From a virus (taxonomy: Duplodnaviria > Caudoviricetes): a stretch of DNA of 60,167 nucleotides. Shown piece by piece: positions 46,701-55,473 of this stretch. A program made the position numbers and the translations under genes. The notes under the pieces were generated by a model. It did no database searches. It was not told the DNA's origin and saw nothing but the letters and a program-made list of their open reading frames with translations. The DNA lies in IMG/VR virus record IMGVR_UViG_3300017989_000015, positions 1 through 60,167 of that record; one strand, given 5' to 3'. Position 1 is the stretch's first letter, and each line of letters starts with the position of its first letter.

Positions 46701-48154
46701 TGGTCTACCAATCCTTGATAGAACTCGCTGGCCGCACCAACCTGGGCCTCCATTGCCGTCTGCGTATCCATCATGCCGTCTTTGAGCCCTTGAAGAGCTG
46801 GCCCCACTTCGCCCTCTATAATCTGGGCGTAGGATGACCAGTGCTGCTCGGAGACCATCAGGCCCTTGGCCTCGGCCTCTTGTAGAATCAACTGCTCTGG
46901 ATAGTGTTCTCCAACGTCCATAGAGACACGTAACGCCTCTAGCATTCGTTCCTTGTACTCGGCATAGGACTCCGATGTACTAGCAATGCTGCGCGACATA
47001 TCGTCCTGCTGTTGGATAAACTGAGCCTCTTCTTCCCGGATGCGCTTTACAGATTTTGCGATGGCTAACCCGGCGGCAGCAATCGCCGTTGCCACTAGAA
47101 TGACCGGATTCGCCATCATTGCCGTAGTCAACGCGCCAAGGGCACCTATAAGACCGCCAGCACCAGAGATCGCAGACACTACCCCTACGATAGAAGGCGT
47201 CATTGTAAGCAGAACGCCCGTGACCGCCAGCACCTTCAGATCGAATTGTCCTAGGAAATCAGCCACAGAAAGTAGGGCATCCCCAAGCTCTAGCATTTTA
47301 CCCAGAGCAGGGATAATTCCCGCCTGCAATTTAGGCCCAAAGTCCTCAGCCCAGGCGATCACCTGTGGCCCATAGGTCCCCGCCAAATCAGCAAGCACCT
47401 TCATAACCTCTTGGAGGGCTGGCAAGAGGGCGACGCCGATACTATCCTTCACGTCTTGGAGCGTGTTCTTGAAGCTGCCCCAAATCTGATCTACAGACCC
47501 CATCGCATCAGGCATCGAGGCAGTATTGGTGGCAAGCTTCTCCATTACGACATTCATCAGAGCGGTCTGCTGTTCGGCCTTCGTCAGCGAATCGACTTCT
47601 CTCCCTAGCGATTGAGCATAGGCTTCGTTCGCCTCGGTTAGGTTCACTTGGACGCCCAAGTTGTCCAGGATCATAGGCGAGAGACGGCCCACACCCAGGA
47701 CGAGCGCGTTGAGCATATACTCCATAGACTCGCCCGTAGCCCGGGAAACCTTACCTAGATAGCCCATTGCGTCCGGGAGCTTCTGAGCGAAATCCACGCC
47801 GACAAGCTGGGCAGCCTGGTTGAATGTCTTCATCAACTCGGTACTGCCCACCATGCCCTGAGTTGCCTCGACCATCACGTCAATGGACCCACCCAGGTTA
47901 TCGAATGTTTGCGCGATGACAGGAATCTCTTTAGCGTCCAGAGCGAGCTTGACCATGCCAGCGCCAGCAGCAGATAACGCCGTTCCAGCCACGCCGAGAA
48001 CCTTCCCCACCGTGGAGAATAGGTTTTTTGTGGCCGCGGCAAGTTGCTGATTGCTTGCGTCCATCTGTTCGTTCTTTTTGACATACTCGCTCTGAGCCTT
48101 GATATACTGGCTCAGGTCGAGTATGGCTTGGAGACCAAACTTCTCATATGCCAT
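43736..48154 (-). CDS. Tail tape measure protein
   Basis: 1472 aa, helical and Ala-rich; LGVGRLSPMILDNLG; central hydrophobic region; internal repeats. Confidence 0.9.
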   Translation of the reverse strand: MAYEKFGLQAILDLSQYIKAQSEYVKKNEQMDASNQQLAAATKNLFSTVGKVLGVAGTALSAAGAGMVKLALDAKEIPVIAQTFDNLGGSIDVMVEATQGMVGSTELMKTFNQAAQLVGVDFAQKLPDAMGYLGKVSRATGESMEYMLNALVLGVGRLSPMILDNLGVQVNLTEANEAYAQSLGREVDSLTKAEQQTALMNVVMEKLATNTASMPDAMGSVDQIWGSFKNTLQDVKDSIGVALLPALQEVMKVLADLAGTYGPQVIAWAEDFGPKLQAGIIPALGKMLELGDALLSVADFLGQFDLKVLAVTGVLLTMTPSIVGVVSAISGAGGLIGALGALTTAMMANPVILVATAIAAAGLAIAKSVKRIREEEAQFIQQQDDMSRSIASTSESYAEYKERMLEALRVSMDVGEHYPEQLILQEAEAKGLMVSEQHWSSYAQIIEGEVGPALQGLKDGMMDTQTAMEAQVGAASEFYQGLVDHARKVEEIDGILAEAFDSDEFAEALEDMQDTAETQFDAMNESLADIMQGARDAEIDAQFNFNLERQQAEQAFQAEYNALIAAGREQEAADLAAKFADQESKASAAYSVQEQLRQRTILKQQLDQARAYVEELQKQRQFLIDRIMNQLEGSEKFMALNRAEKALMLSELGIDLAEQEKIELQHGINRVQIAHDSGVGVLNQMETTAEAALKILNFELDAARGIRDQLQSDWDNFSITLPELSGGDYGGGDTGKGFSGTAAKTKAAAKPLTATLDEVARDLDSSIKAVQDALDALPDIEVDEAAYAGLERMGEFVKRAMTSIYGWFDDPQYNLKAMIDDVKDYIAPLTEVFRLLDVGLNKAVPASSESYASDVDAYFGQVEFTGRHILDYLRTIADNPVWTQALEEAAAIVDNVVEVFKVLGITLTEEMTQPYRGEGAFEDLSIGGIKEKLGQIDMAGRQILDYLRQIASNPVWTQALAESAAIADNIVKVFKVLGVTLTEQMTQPYKGVGAFEDLSIGGIDEKLGQVDIAGRQIMDYLRTIASNPVWVQALDEASAIADNVVKVFKILDIGLTNLEPIKSFDRRGLQVKMGQIEVVGVYIMDYLRKIADNPVWTQALAEAADVAENVTKVFKVIELEFADLKPVASLDRRGLQVKMGQVELVGIYIMDYLKKISSNPVWTQALAEAAGIADNVTKVFAVLDINLAVTSPGVGFITRLTGFFEALKQGAPIVREGIKAVKEEWEKAGADIEADAGLTETIKKVFSILDLAGMINDLQVQTPLKPGQHYTSFSNVVVELFTDLEMNAAYIQEHLKIVDDLFTNGFDYSIQVSENIAAVFSNIGNAISAGMEIMNMSDEDNIWNINLLLNRIADLELAINAINNLTPIASGLGSIGIEDVPATTKTVGTDGVSIVQEGVIKALQAESDNLMGGAAWADQIRTAVRSAFEGTRMEMELNIVQDQAERRMVTFRIGRIERSLQTISMRLDTAGV
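44600..45580 (-). repeat. Five ~60-70-aa repeats in the tape measure
   Basis: GQ(V/I)...I(L/M)DYLRxIAxNPVW(T/V)QALxEAAxIxDNVxxVFxxL occurs five times. Confidence 0.85.
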
Positions 48155-48155
48155 G

Positions 48156-48426
48156 CTATAGCCTTTGCTCTGCGTCCACTAGGGCCATCTTAGATTCGAC
48201 GTCTACAAATGCGATCATCTGCGCCTTGTCATCAGGCTCTAGGTCATCCCACTGATTTGGCGTCAGGCCCCACGCCTTCGCCGTCTTCAGCTCCTTGAAC
48301 CTGTAGCTCGTCTGCCAACTGCTTAGCTTCTTCTTGCCCAGTCGAGCGATTGAAGAGGCGTATAGCTGATCCAAGTCTTTGTTCTGCGACGCCCCTTGCC
48401 GCACTCTCAGCGCCCTTGCGAAAGCT
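48156..48426 (-). CDS. Tail assembly chaperone, T part (probably reached by frameshift)
   Basis: Overlaps the G ORF in the +1 frame; TAKAWGLTPNQWDDL; abuts the tape measure. Confidence 0.55.
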
Positions 48427-48936
48427 GGCCACCGTTTCAGGATCAACCGCCTTCCCATAGGACGCTACCTGTAGCTCGACCATGATTCGCTGTAATTCGA
48501 TAGGCGTTAGGCCATAGTAGAGGAGATACATCCACCGGCGCTCCGATGTCTTATCGGGTACGTCTATGAACGCTCCTTCTAACTGCTCAATCCAGGAGTC
48601 ATCTTCAGGTAGGTCAAATGAGATACCATAGGTCAGGAGGTATTTCTGTTTGGCCTCTTCTTGAGCAAGAGCTAGGTCCACGAGAGCGGCCTTGTGTGCG
48701 GCCCAGAGGCTCTTGCGCATCTCGGTCTGCTCCGGGTCTGCTGACTGCAGAACGTCCTCGGTCAGCACAAATTGCTGCACGTCGCCTAGCGCATTGGGCA
48801 AAGAATAGGTCGGAACATCTACAGGTTCTCCCCGTTCGCGGAATTGTCTTTCTACTTCGATAGCAATACGCTCAAGCAAAGCGGGCGATACCGCCTTGAG
48901 TTCGAGGGTTACGCCTTGTTCTGTTTCAAATTGCAT
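48244..48936 (-). CDS. Tail assembly chaperone G
   Basis: Between the tail tube and the tape measure. Confidence 0.65.
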   Translation of the reverse strand: MQFETEQGVTLELKAVSPALLERIAIEVERQFRERGEPVDVPTYSLPNALGDVQQFVLTEDVLQSADPEQTEMRKSLWAAHKAALVDLALAQEEAKQKYLLTYGISFDLPEDDSWIEQLEGAFIDVPDKTSERRWMYLLYYGLTPIELQRIMVELQVASYGKAVDPETVASFRKGAESAARGVAEQRLGSAIRLFNRSTGQEEAKQLADELQVQGAEDGEGVGPDAKSVG

Positions 48937-49046
48937 GTGAGGTCTCCCTTAGAGGATTTATGCCCTCCTCTGACGGCTACCCAGGGAGACGGGAAGGGCC
49001 GCCAGAGGAGAAAGCATCGAGGATATTAGAGGATCTATTCGGTTGT

Positions 49047-50591
49047 TTAGCCGACGATCTCAGCAACTTCCATAACCAGGCCAGTACCGGCGACGACATC
49101 GCCTACTGCAAATGCGCGGTTATAGTCACAGGCGATCATGCTATTCATGCCTACGACCGCTCCTGTAGCAGGAGCCAGCCAATACTCCCAGTTCCGCCCG
49201 CCGTTGATCGTGCGACCAACCACTCCGAACGGGTTACCACCAACTGTAGCGGTACCACAAATCCAGAAACAGTAAGAGTCGATTACGGCGATGTCCCTGA
49301 TGTCGGTGATGGCCGTCGCGCCCTCTGGCAGTGGAAGATCCCGCTCGGCCCAGGTGTCGCCGCCATCCTGCGTGTACCAAACCTCACCATCATCGTAGCC
49401 TACCCACCAGTTATGCTCGTCCAAGACCCCGCAGGAAAGCGCATCCGCAGCCGCTTGTGCAGCAGGTCCCGTAATGACCGACCAGTGAGCGCCACCATCA
49501 GCCGTCCATTGGATCTCGTTCGTATCTCCTACGGTTAGCACCTGGTAGCGGCTCGCAGCGTCTAGCGCATTCAGTGAGTCCGTCGCGCCAGTTAGCTGAA
49601 TCGTCCAGGTCGCGCCCGCATCAGCAGAGAAGTATACATTCCCACCAGCGCCAGCGCCCGTATCTGTGCAGACCCAAATCGCCTCATTACTCCAGGCAGC
49701 AATATCGTTGATCCACTCAGTATTCGTCGAGCCGACGTTTACGAGCGTCCAGCTCGCGCCTTCATCATCTGTATAGGCGACTCGAGCAGGCGTCCCAGCA
49801 ACGGTTATAGAGCAGGCTGCGAAGGCTCGCATGGTCGATTTATCAATCGGTACTGCGGCCAGTGGGCCTGCATCCTCAGCGACCGCAAACGGGTCTGCAG
49901 CTGAGGCTGTCCAGGTGTGACCAAAATCAGTACTCCAATAGATGATCGTCTCCTGAGCCACTGCCGAGGTATCTGAACAAATCAGATGCTCACAAACCTC
50001 TTGAGCAGGCCCGCAAGCGCCTCTGCACCGGTCTCGACCAACCGTAGCGACTCCCAACAGCGCCGTAGTCGCAGCATGAGCCCATCGTGTCTCGACCAAC
50101 GAGAAGTAGTCCACCGCGGTCATATAGGTGAACGTGAAGGTGCGCATCGACTCGCCAGCCGGAGCGCCATCTGGGTTACGTGATGCTAGTCCGGTCCTAG
50201 TCCCTGCCGAGATCAGCGTATCCTCATATACGATTCCTCGGTCATAGTTGTTAAATACGTTACGCTCGCCGCATTCTGACTGCTGGACGTAGACGGGCAC
50301 AGTACAATTGCGCCGGTCCAGAACCTCCAGCCAGTCAGCCGTCTTCCCAACTGGGAAGGTGATGTCAAACGTACCCTCTGCTCGCTGTCCCTGTGTGCGC
50401 AAGGCAACCAGGTGACGGCCTCGCCCAGATGGGTCAGGACAGAATGTTCTCGTCGTATCCCTCGACTGGCCGCTGTCATCTCCCATATCATGGCAGCCTA
50501 GCCAGTAGGTATCCCCGTTCGGCCCGTCAGGCTGAATGAAGATAGCCCCCATGTCGTTGTCCAACACCTCTGCAAAACTCGTTCGTGGCAT
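49047..50591 (-). CDS. Major tail (tube) protein with a C-terminal BNR/Asp-box beta-propeller
   Basis: Position; repeated STDFGHTW, TDDEGASW, SADAGATW, TADGGAHW, TQDGGDTW and TINGGRNW. Confidence 0.7.
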   Translation of the reverse strand: MPRTSFAEVLDNDMGAIFIQPDGPNGDTYWLGCHDMGDDSGQSRDTTRTFCPDPSGRGRHLVALRTQGQRAEGTFDITFPVGKTADWLEVLDRRNCTVPVYVQQSECGERNVFNNYDRGIVYEDTLISAGTRTGLASRNPDGAPAGESMRTFTFTYMTAVDYFSLVETRWAHAATTALLGVATVGRDRCRGACGPAQEVCEHLICSDTSAVAQETIIYWSTDFGHTWTASAADPFAVAEDAGPLAAVPIDKSTMRAFAACSITVAGTPARVAYTDDEGASWTLVNVGSTNTEWINDIAAWSNEAIWVCTDTGAGAGGNVYFSADAGATWTIQLTGATDSLNALDAASRYQVLTVGDTNEIQWTADGGAHWSVITGPAAQAAADALSCGVLDEHNWWVGYDDGEVWYTQDGGDTWAERDLPLPEGATAITDIRDIAVIDSYCFWICGTATVGGNPFGVVGRTINGGRNWEYWLAPATGAVVGMNSMIACDYNRAFAVGDVVAGTGLVMEVAEIVG

Positions 50592-50592
50592 G

Positions 50593-51006
50593 TTATGCCT
50601 CCTCCTCTACCGCTCGAATGAGCGCCCCGAGATCGAATTGAATGGCCCCCCAAACTGCCTGCTTCGCAATAGGCCCCTTGGCTCGCAAGTCGTCGATTGT
50701 CCAAATGCCTATGCGTCGCATCTCCCTGGCGATCCGCTTGGGAGTAAGTGCCTTGATGTCCAAGAAATCTTCCCAAGGAACGCCATAAGGGATCGCCGCC
50801 TCAAGGACTGTCTCATCTACCTGTCCCTCCTGGAGGGTCTCAGGCGGCACGAATGCTCGCTTGTAGTCCTCTCCGTCAGGCCATTGGATCAGCGCCGCAC
50901 CCTCGACTCGGCCCACTATTTTGACAGCCACCTTCTTCACTTTGCGGCGTGGCCTGTCGTCTGTATGTACTCGCTCATCGCGTCCTCGATCTGTCTCTTG
51001 AACCAT
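50593..51006 (-). CDS. Hypothetical neck-region protein
   Basis: Position in the head-tail module. Confidence 0.5.
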   Translation of the reverse strand: MVQETDRGRDERVHTDDRPRRKVKKVAVKIVGRVEGAALIQWPDGEDYKRAFVPPETLQEGQVDETVLEAAIPYGVPWEDFLDIKALTPKRIAREMRRIGIWTIDDLRAKGPIAKQAVWGAIQFDLGALIRAVEEEA

Positions 51007-51473
51007 GGTATCCTCTTTTTCATTATCGCTACACCGAAACGACGCGGCTTAGTTCCCGGATGGTTCACATAGATTCTAAATACTGTATCCCCACCCCTCT
51101 TGCCCTTCGTCGAGCCGATCACGCCTGGCCTCGTCTTCGGTGAAAATATACTCGGGAAGGCCAACGCCTTCTTGTTGCTCTTGCCGGTATAGGCTCCCGC
51201 CCAAATCTCGTGAGGCTTTGTACCCCCTTCGACATAGGAGAAGATCTCGCCTTCTACATCGATCTCGATCCAAGGCGACGGCTCCTTGGTTGCCCAGACG
51301 TGCGTATGAAGCGTGATCTCCGGCTTGTTCTTCTCAGACCAATTCTTGAGAATGGCTCCATAATCCTCGCGGATGACGGTTCGGCCAGTACGTCGAGAGG
51401 CATTACGAATAACCCTCCTGAAGTCCTTGTCCTCGAACCGCTTCATCTTGATCTCCTTCATCAGGAGAACCAT
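50937..51473 (-). CDS. Neck protein (HK97 gp10-like)
   Basis: YVEGGTKPHEI...VNHPGTKP. Confidence 0.65.
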   Translation of the reverse strand: MVLLMKEIKMKRFEDKDFRRVIRNASRRTGRTVIREDYGAILKNWSEKNKPEITLHTHVWATKEPSPWIEIDVEGEIFSYVEGGTKPHEIWAGAYTGKSNKKALAFPSIFSPKTRPGVIGSTKGKRGGDTVFRIYVNHPGTKPRRFGVAIMKKRIPWFKRQIEDAMSEYIQTTGHAAK

Positions 51474-51654
51474 CTGCCATCTCCAATCTCAGGAACCGTT
51501 GTCGCATTCCCAGAGCGTCCCAGTCTCGCAGATCAACGTATAACCTGTCACCTGTTCGCCTGTACCAGATTCCAGTGATAGGCCCCTTGAACTTGCGCGT
51601 ACCCTCTCCGATCATGACCAGAATCAAGGGCGCCTCGCCCAACCTCGGTACCAC
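51403..51654 (-). CDS. Hypothetical protein
   Basis: FKGPITGIWY...YVDLRD; head-tail region. Confidence 0.4.
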   Translation of the reverse strand: MVPRLGEAPLILVMIGEGTRKFKGPITGIWYRRTGDRLYVDLRDWDALGMRQRFLRLEMADGSPDEGDQDEAVRGQGLQEGYS

Positions 51655-51701
51655 CGGTGCCGTCGCAACTGGACGGCTTCTCGCTGCTCTGCATCAACCC
51701 A

Positions 51702-52349
51702 TTATGAGGATTCTCTGAGCAGCCTGTCAACAATGATCTCTGCCGCTCTCCAATCCGTCCATGCCATCTGAGCAAAGCCCACTGCGGGCACTGAAGATCC
51801 GCCATATCCTGAGCAAAGCTCCATCGCGCCTGTCCTGATGTTGTCTAGCTGCTCGGTGATCCAGAATAGATACCCTTGCCTCTGTGTGTCGCTCAGGTTC
51901 GGTCGGGCGCAAGGGCAATTGTGCCAGATGGCCGCGTCAATCACGTTGAGCTTGCGCATGTACATATCCATCGCCGGACTAATCGTACAGTCACAAGCGG
52001 CTGCGGATTCCCTGGCAGCGTTGATGTCGCCCGCTGCTATGCGCAGATAGGACTCGATCATTGCCACCGTATCCGCCTCGACCCTGGCTATCTGGTAAGA
52101 GTCTCCCAGAGTCCAAGTGATCGTCGTGCCTAGTGTCGTGTCTGCGACACTCGTGATCTTGCCGTACGTGTTAGCCGTAGCGTTATACAGAGGCATTCCT
52201 ACCTCTAGCCGGTCGCCCGTCAAGAAGGTAGCCGTCGCATCCGTCAAGGTCGTTCCAGCGCCAGCGGTGTCTATGCCAGAAATGATGGACGCGCATTGCC
52301 ATATTAGACTGTAATCGAACGCCTCGGCATAGCGCAGGTCGCAGGACAT
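51702..52349 (-). CDS. Head-tail connector-like protein
   Basis: Position downstream of the capsid genes; helical C-terminal half. Confidence 0.5.
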   Translation of the reverse strand: MSCDLRYAEAFDYSLIWQCASIISGIDTAGAGTTLTDATATFLTGDRLEVGMPLYNATANTYGKITSVADTTLGTTITWTLGDSYQIARVEADTVAMIESYLRIAAGDINAARESAAACDCTISPAMDMYMRKLNVIDAAIWHNCPCARPNLSDTQRQGYLFWITEQLDNIRTGAMELCSGYGGSSVPAVGFAQMAWTDWRAAEIIVDRLLRESS

Positions 52350-52526
52350 CTATCGACGCCCCTGAGCAGAAATAGCCTGCATCCGCCCGTATATAGCCAT
52401 AGCTACTCTGCGATTCTTCCTCACTGAATCTTCCAGAGAGGCGGCAAAGGCGGACAGGTCTATCATCGTATTCATCTCGTCGATCTTTGCGAGAGCCTTC
52501 TTGATACTCTCTTGCTGACTAGGCAT
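52350..52526 (-). CDS. 58-aa hypothetical protein (not in the ORF track)
   Basis: MPSQQESIKKAL...; Shine-Dalgarno present; fills the gap. Confidence 0.5.
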   Translation of the reverse strand: MPSQQESIKKALAKIDEMNTMIDLSAFAASLEDSVRKNRRVAMAIYGRMQAISAQGRR

Positions 52527-52536
52527 GTTCCCCCCT

Positions 52537-53535
52537 CTACGCTGGCCGTGCCACTGTCCAGCCGTCAGCGGTCACCTCAGCCTCAGCAACGTCGTCTGAG
52601 CGATTGCCCATCCAGTAGTCTGCCGCGCCTGCAGTGAATCCTCCGGCAATGCTGTAGTCGCCCTCAAAGATGTTTTCCGTCACGATGTTATCATCGCCTG
52701 GATTGCCACCGACGCTCGTCTGAAGCACCTGGGTAGCCGCATAGGCGTACCCGTTCTGCTGGAATCGGTTGCCCACGACCTCCGACCCGTTCATGGGGCA
52801 TATCACGTGGTTGTCGTTATCCCAGAACACATTGCCATTGATATGCTGACGATACGGGATAGCCAGCGGCGACGTCTGTAGCCATACGGCAATAGCTCCG
52901 CCCGCCACTGCGTTATGGAACAACTGGAATACGTTATTGACGATCCAAACGTCATAGCACCCATGCGTAGCGATGCCGTAGCGCCCGGTCGTCAACCCGT
53001 CAAACAGGTTGTCTGAAATCTGCGTCCGGATTGCAATGTCGTTGGCTCCCGTATCGGTGTGCCTTAGCTGAATACATGCTTCCGTCGTTGGAGCAAGAAA
53101 GCGGAATCCGCTCACTCGCCATCCAACAGCTCGCATATCCAGGCAAGGACTGGCTGCCGCACCGCTCTCCCAAGAAGGTGAATACCCCGATGGGCCTACG
53201 CCGATTATCGAGATATAACTGGGCGCCTCGGTATAATCGGGCGTTACTACGGTTTCGCTCAGAGAGTCTAGCACGTAGATCACGTCATAGCTGGTCATCA
53301 GCGAATTATCCACAGCTTCTTGCATGGTGGAAAAGGCTGACAAGGGGGTCTCTCCATTGCCCCCTACAGCGCCTGTCGCGGGAGACACGAACCACGCCTT
53401 GCTGTTGCAATTCGTGACCTGAGGCTCTGCCCCAGTGTTATCTACACCCCATATGAAGTGCCGGCCGTCTGTAACGAGCTGCGGCACTGCCACATTCTGC
53501 GGATAAAGCATAACTCCTCCTATCGTGATGGGCAC
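52537..53535 (-). CDS. Right-handed beta-helix (pectin-lyase-like) virion protein
   Basis: WFVSP...NGETPLSAFSTMQEAV cap; repeated (I/V)xxNxF rungs. Confidence 0.7.
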   Translation of the reverse strand: MPITIGGVMLYPQNVAVPQLVTDGRHFIWGVDNTGAEPQVTNCNSKAWFVSPATGAVGGNGETPLSAFSTMQEAVDNSLMTSYDVIYVLDSLSETVVTPDYTEAPSYISIIGVGPSGYSPSWESGAAASPCLDMRAVGWRVSGFRFLAPTTEACIQLRHTDTGANDIAIRTQISDNLFDGLTTGRYGIATHGCYDVWIVNNVFQLFHNAVAGGAIAVWLQTSPLAIPYRQHINGNVFWDNDNHVICPMNGSEVVGNRFQQNGYAYAATQVLQTSVGGNPGDDNIVTENIFEGDYSIAGGFTAGAADYWMGNRSDDVAEAEVTADGWTVARPA

Positions 53536-53581
53536 GTTCGAGCCAGAGACGGAATGATCGGCCCTGGATATTGCTTCATAG

Positions 53582-53827
53582 CTATCTCCTATTCCCCACC
53601 CGCCACGCCTTCCGAGTGCTGACTACCTCAGGCTTGGCCTTCCAAGCCTCAAGCATCGCCAGCGCATTCTCGTAGACATCGTAGGGCCAGGCGGCGGGGT
53701 TCTCTTCGCGTTCCTTAATGATGGTCTGAGCCTTCTGAATACTTATCCCATACCCCGCCTCAAGGAACGCTGCCATCTCTTTTGAGCCTGGCTTGAATTG
53801 TACAGTCACATGATCTGATCTAACCAT
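53582..53827 (-). CDS. Hypothetical protein after the capsid gene
   Basis: 81 aa with a Shine-Dalgarno. Confidence 0.55.
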   Translation of the reverse strand: MVRSDHVTVQFKPGSKEMAAFLEAGYGISIQKAQTIIKEREENPAAWPYDVYENALAMLEAWKAKPEVVSTRKAWRVGNRR

Positions 53828-53874
53828 TATCTGTCTCCCTTATCTACCGCTCACTCACATCAAAGACTCCGCTG

Positions 53875-54963
53875 TTAGGGCGTTGTACCCGAACTAAAAT
53901 AAACTGCCCGGAAGTCAGTTACGCCCACGTATGAGGCATCGTCCCACGCGCCTACAATATCCTCGACCATGAACTCGATGTCTCCGGTAGCGAAGGAGCC
54001 CATTCGCATTGCGGCAGGCATGGTGCCCGTCAGAATGCTGATGTCACTCGTCTTCTGCATCACGGCAGGGCCATCGACTCCCTGGAGGCGAACCAGCGTG
54101 ACCGCTCGCGCCTCGCTCACATCAGCGAATAGATACCAGGGCACATTTGCACCAGCGGTCGTGATGTAAGGATCAACGTGAACGTCGTTGCCGGTCAGGA
54201 ACTGCCCCAGCACATTCCCGCCTGCGCCGCCATAATTGATGAGGTCTTGCAGGATCGACGCAGCCTGGATCTGGAGAATGGGCGGAATCACCAGGTGAAG
54301 CCGGCTCCACTCAATCGGGTTCCCCAAAGCGTCGGTACGCTGCATCATAGCATTGATACCGATAGCCAGATTCGCGGCTGTCAGTCGTCCGGTACCAGCC
54401 CAAGGCGCACCGAGGGCGGCCAGTGTAGCCTGAGTCGTCGCGTTGTCATAGAGAGCCGAGACATAGCTGTTCAGCCATCGTCCAGCAGCGCTCGCCATAC
54501 GCATCGGCGTGTCTTGAATCTTAGCCAGGTCGTCATTGAGCAAGGTTCGCCAGGAGAAGTCCATCTGACGGCTCCACTCTTCGACACCGTAGTAGATCAC
54601 ACTATCCACAATCGAATCCGTCTCAGCCTCACCCTTCTCGCCCCTCTTATAGAGAGTACCGGGCTCGGTCATGCGGAGCCGATCAACGTCTCGGAAGTCG
54701 GGAGCCCTGTCCAGATAGACATAGGCAGGCCACGATCCGATCTTGTACTGGTAGTCGGCCAGAAACTCTTTGCTCAGCGCGTCTGCAAAGTAGTATTGGA
54801 AATGCGCTGTGGTCATGGCCTCCTGAAACTGCTCACCGGTCATAGTCCGGTAGTCCCGGGACAGGTCTCTCAGTGCCGCTACATGCGTATCTACAGCAGC
54901 CTCGTTGAGAGGCGTCCGAGAAGCGATGGCGACATCCTCAATCCATCGAATGGTTCTATACAT
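53875..54963 (-). CDS. Major capsid protein (HK97 fold, Mu gpT-like)
   Basis: APDFRDVDR, FSWRTLLNDDL, LVIPP and WYLFAD motifs; position after the decoration gene. Confidence 0.8.
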   Translation of the reverse strand: MYRTIRWIEDVAIASRTPLNEAAVDTHVAALRDLSRDYRTMTGEQFQEAMTTAHFQYYFADALSKEFLADYQYKIGSWPAYVYLDRAPDFRDVDRLRMTEPGTLYKRGEKGEAETDSIVDSVIYYGVEEWSRQMDFSWRTLLNDDLAKIQDTPMRMASAAGRWLNSYVSALYDNATTQATLAALGAPWAGTGRLTAANLAIGINAMMQRTDALGNPIEWSRLHLVIPPILQIQAASILQDLINYGGAGGNVLGQFLTGNDVHVDPYITTAGANVPWYLFADVSEARAVTLVRLQGVDGPAVMQKTSDISILTGTMPAAMRMGSFATGDIEFMVEDIVGAWDDASYVGVTDFRAVYFSSGTTP

Positions 54964-54972
54964 TTTGTCCTC

Positions 54973-55461
54973 CTATGCACCAGCGCCGCGTTGCATCACG
55001 GGCACTTCCTGAGTAGACGCCACACCAGCTGTGCCGAGCGGGTAGGTCACGCGTCCGCTATAAACCGCCGTACCATACAAGTCGTTTGCCGCTCCCGTAT
55101 TGTCCAGCGGCGATAGGCTCAGCTTCGTGCCAGCAGGCATGGTGGCCGACCCATCATAGTAAATCCGTTGGCCGATATTGATGACGCCCCAAGTGTCCTC
55201 TACTGCCGCAGCATAGGTCAGCACGTTCCGAACCTCGTGCAGGTAGACCATGCCGCAGGTAAAGTCCACGACCGCGATGCTGTCCGAAGGGTCAATGGAA
55301 AGCACTGTGCCACAGACGTTAGAGCCCGCCGTGATCCCAGTCAGTCGAGCAGGCTGGGTCGGCGTTGGCGTCACGTCCGTCATTCTGGCGTAAGGCACCG
55401 GCCAATGCCGTACTGCCCCCTCGCTAGAAACCTCGTAATCGTTTCTGATCTCTTCAGCCAT
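54973..55461 (-). CDS. Capsid decoration/cement protein
   Basis: Between protease and major capsid; INIGQRIYYD motif. Confidence 0.6.
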   Translation of the reverse strand: MAEEIRNDYEVSSEGAVRHWPVPYARMTDVTPTPTQPARLTGITAGSNVCGTVLSIDPSDSIAVVDFTCGMVYLHEVRNVLTYAAAVEDTWGVINIGQRIYYDGSATMPAGTKLSLSPLDNTGAANDLYGTAVYSGRVTYPLGTAGVASTQEVPVMQRGAGA

Positions 55462-55473
55462 TGTTATCTCCTC

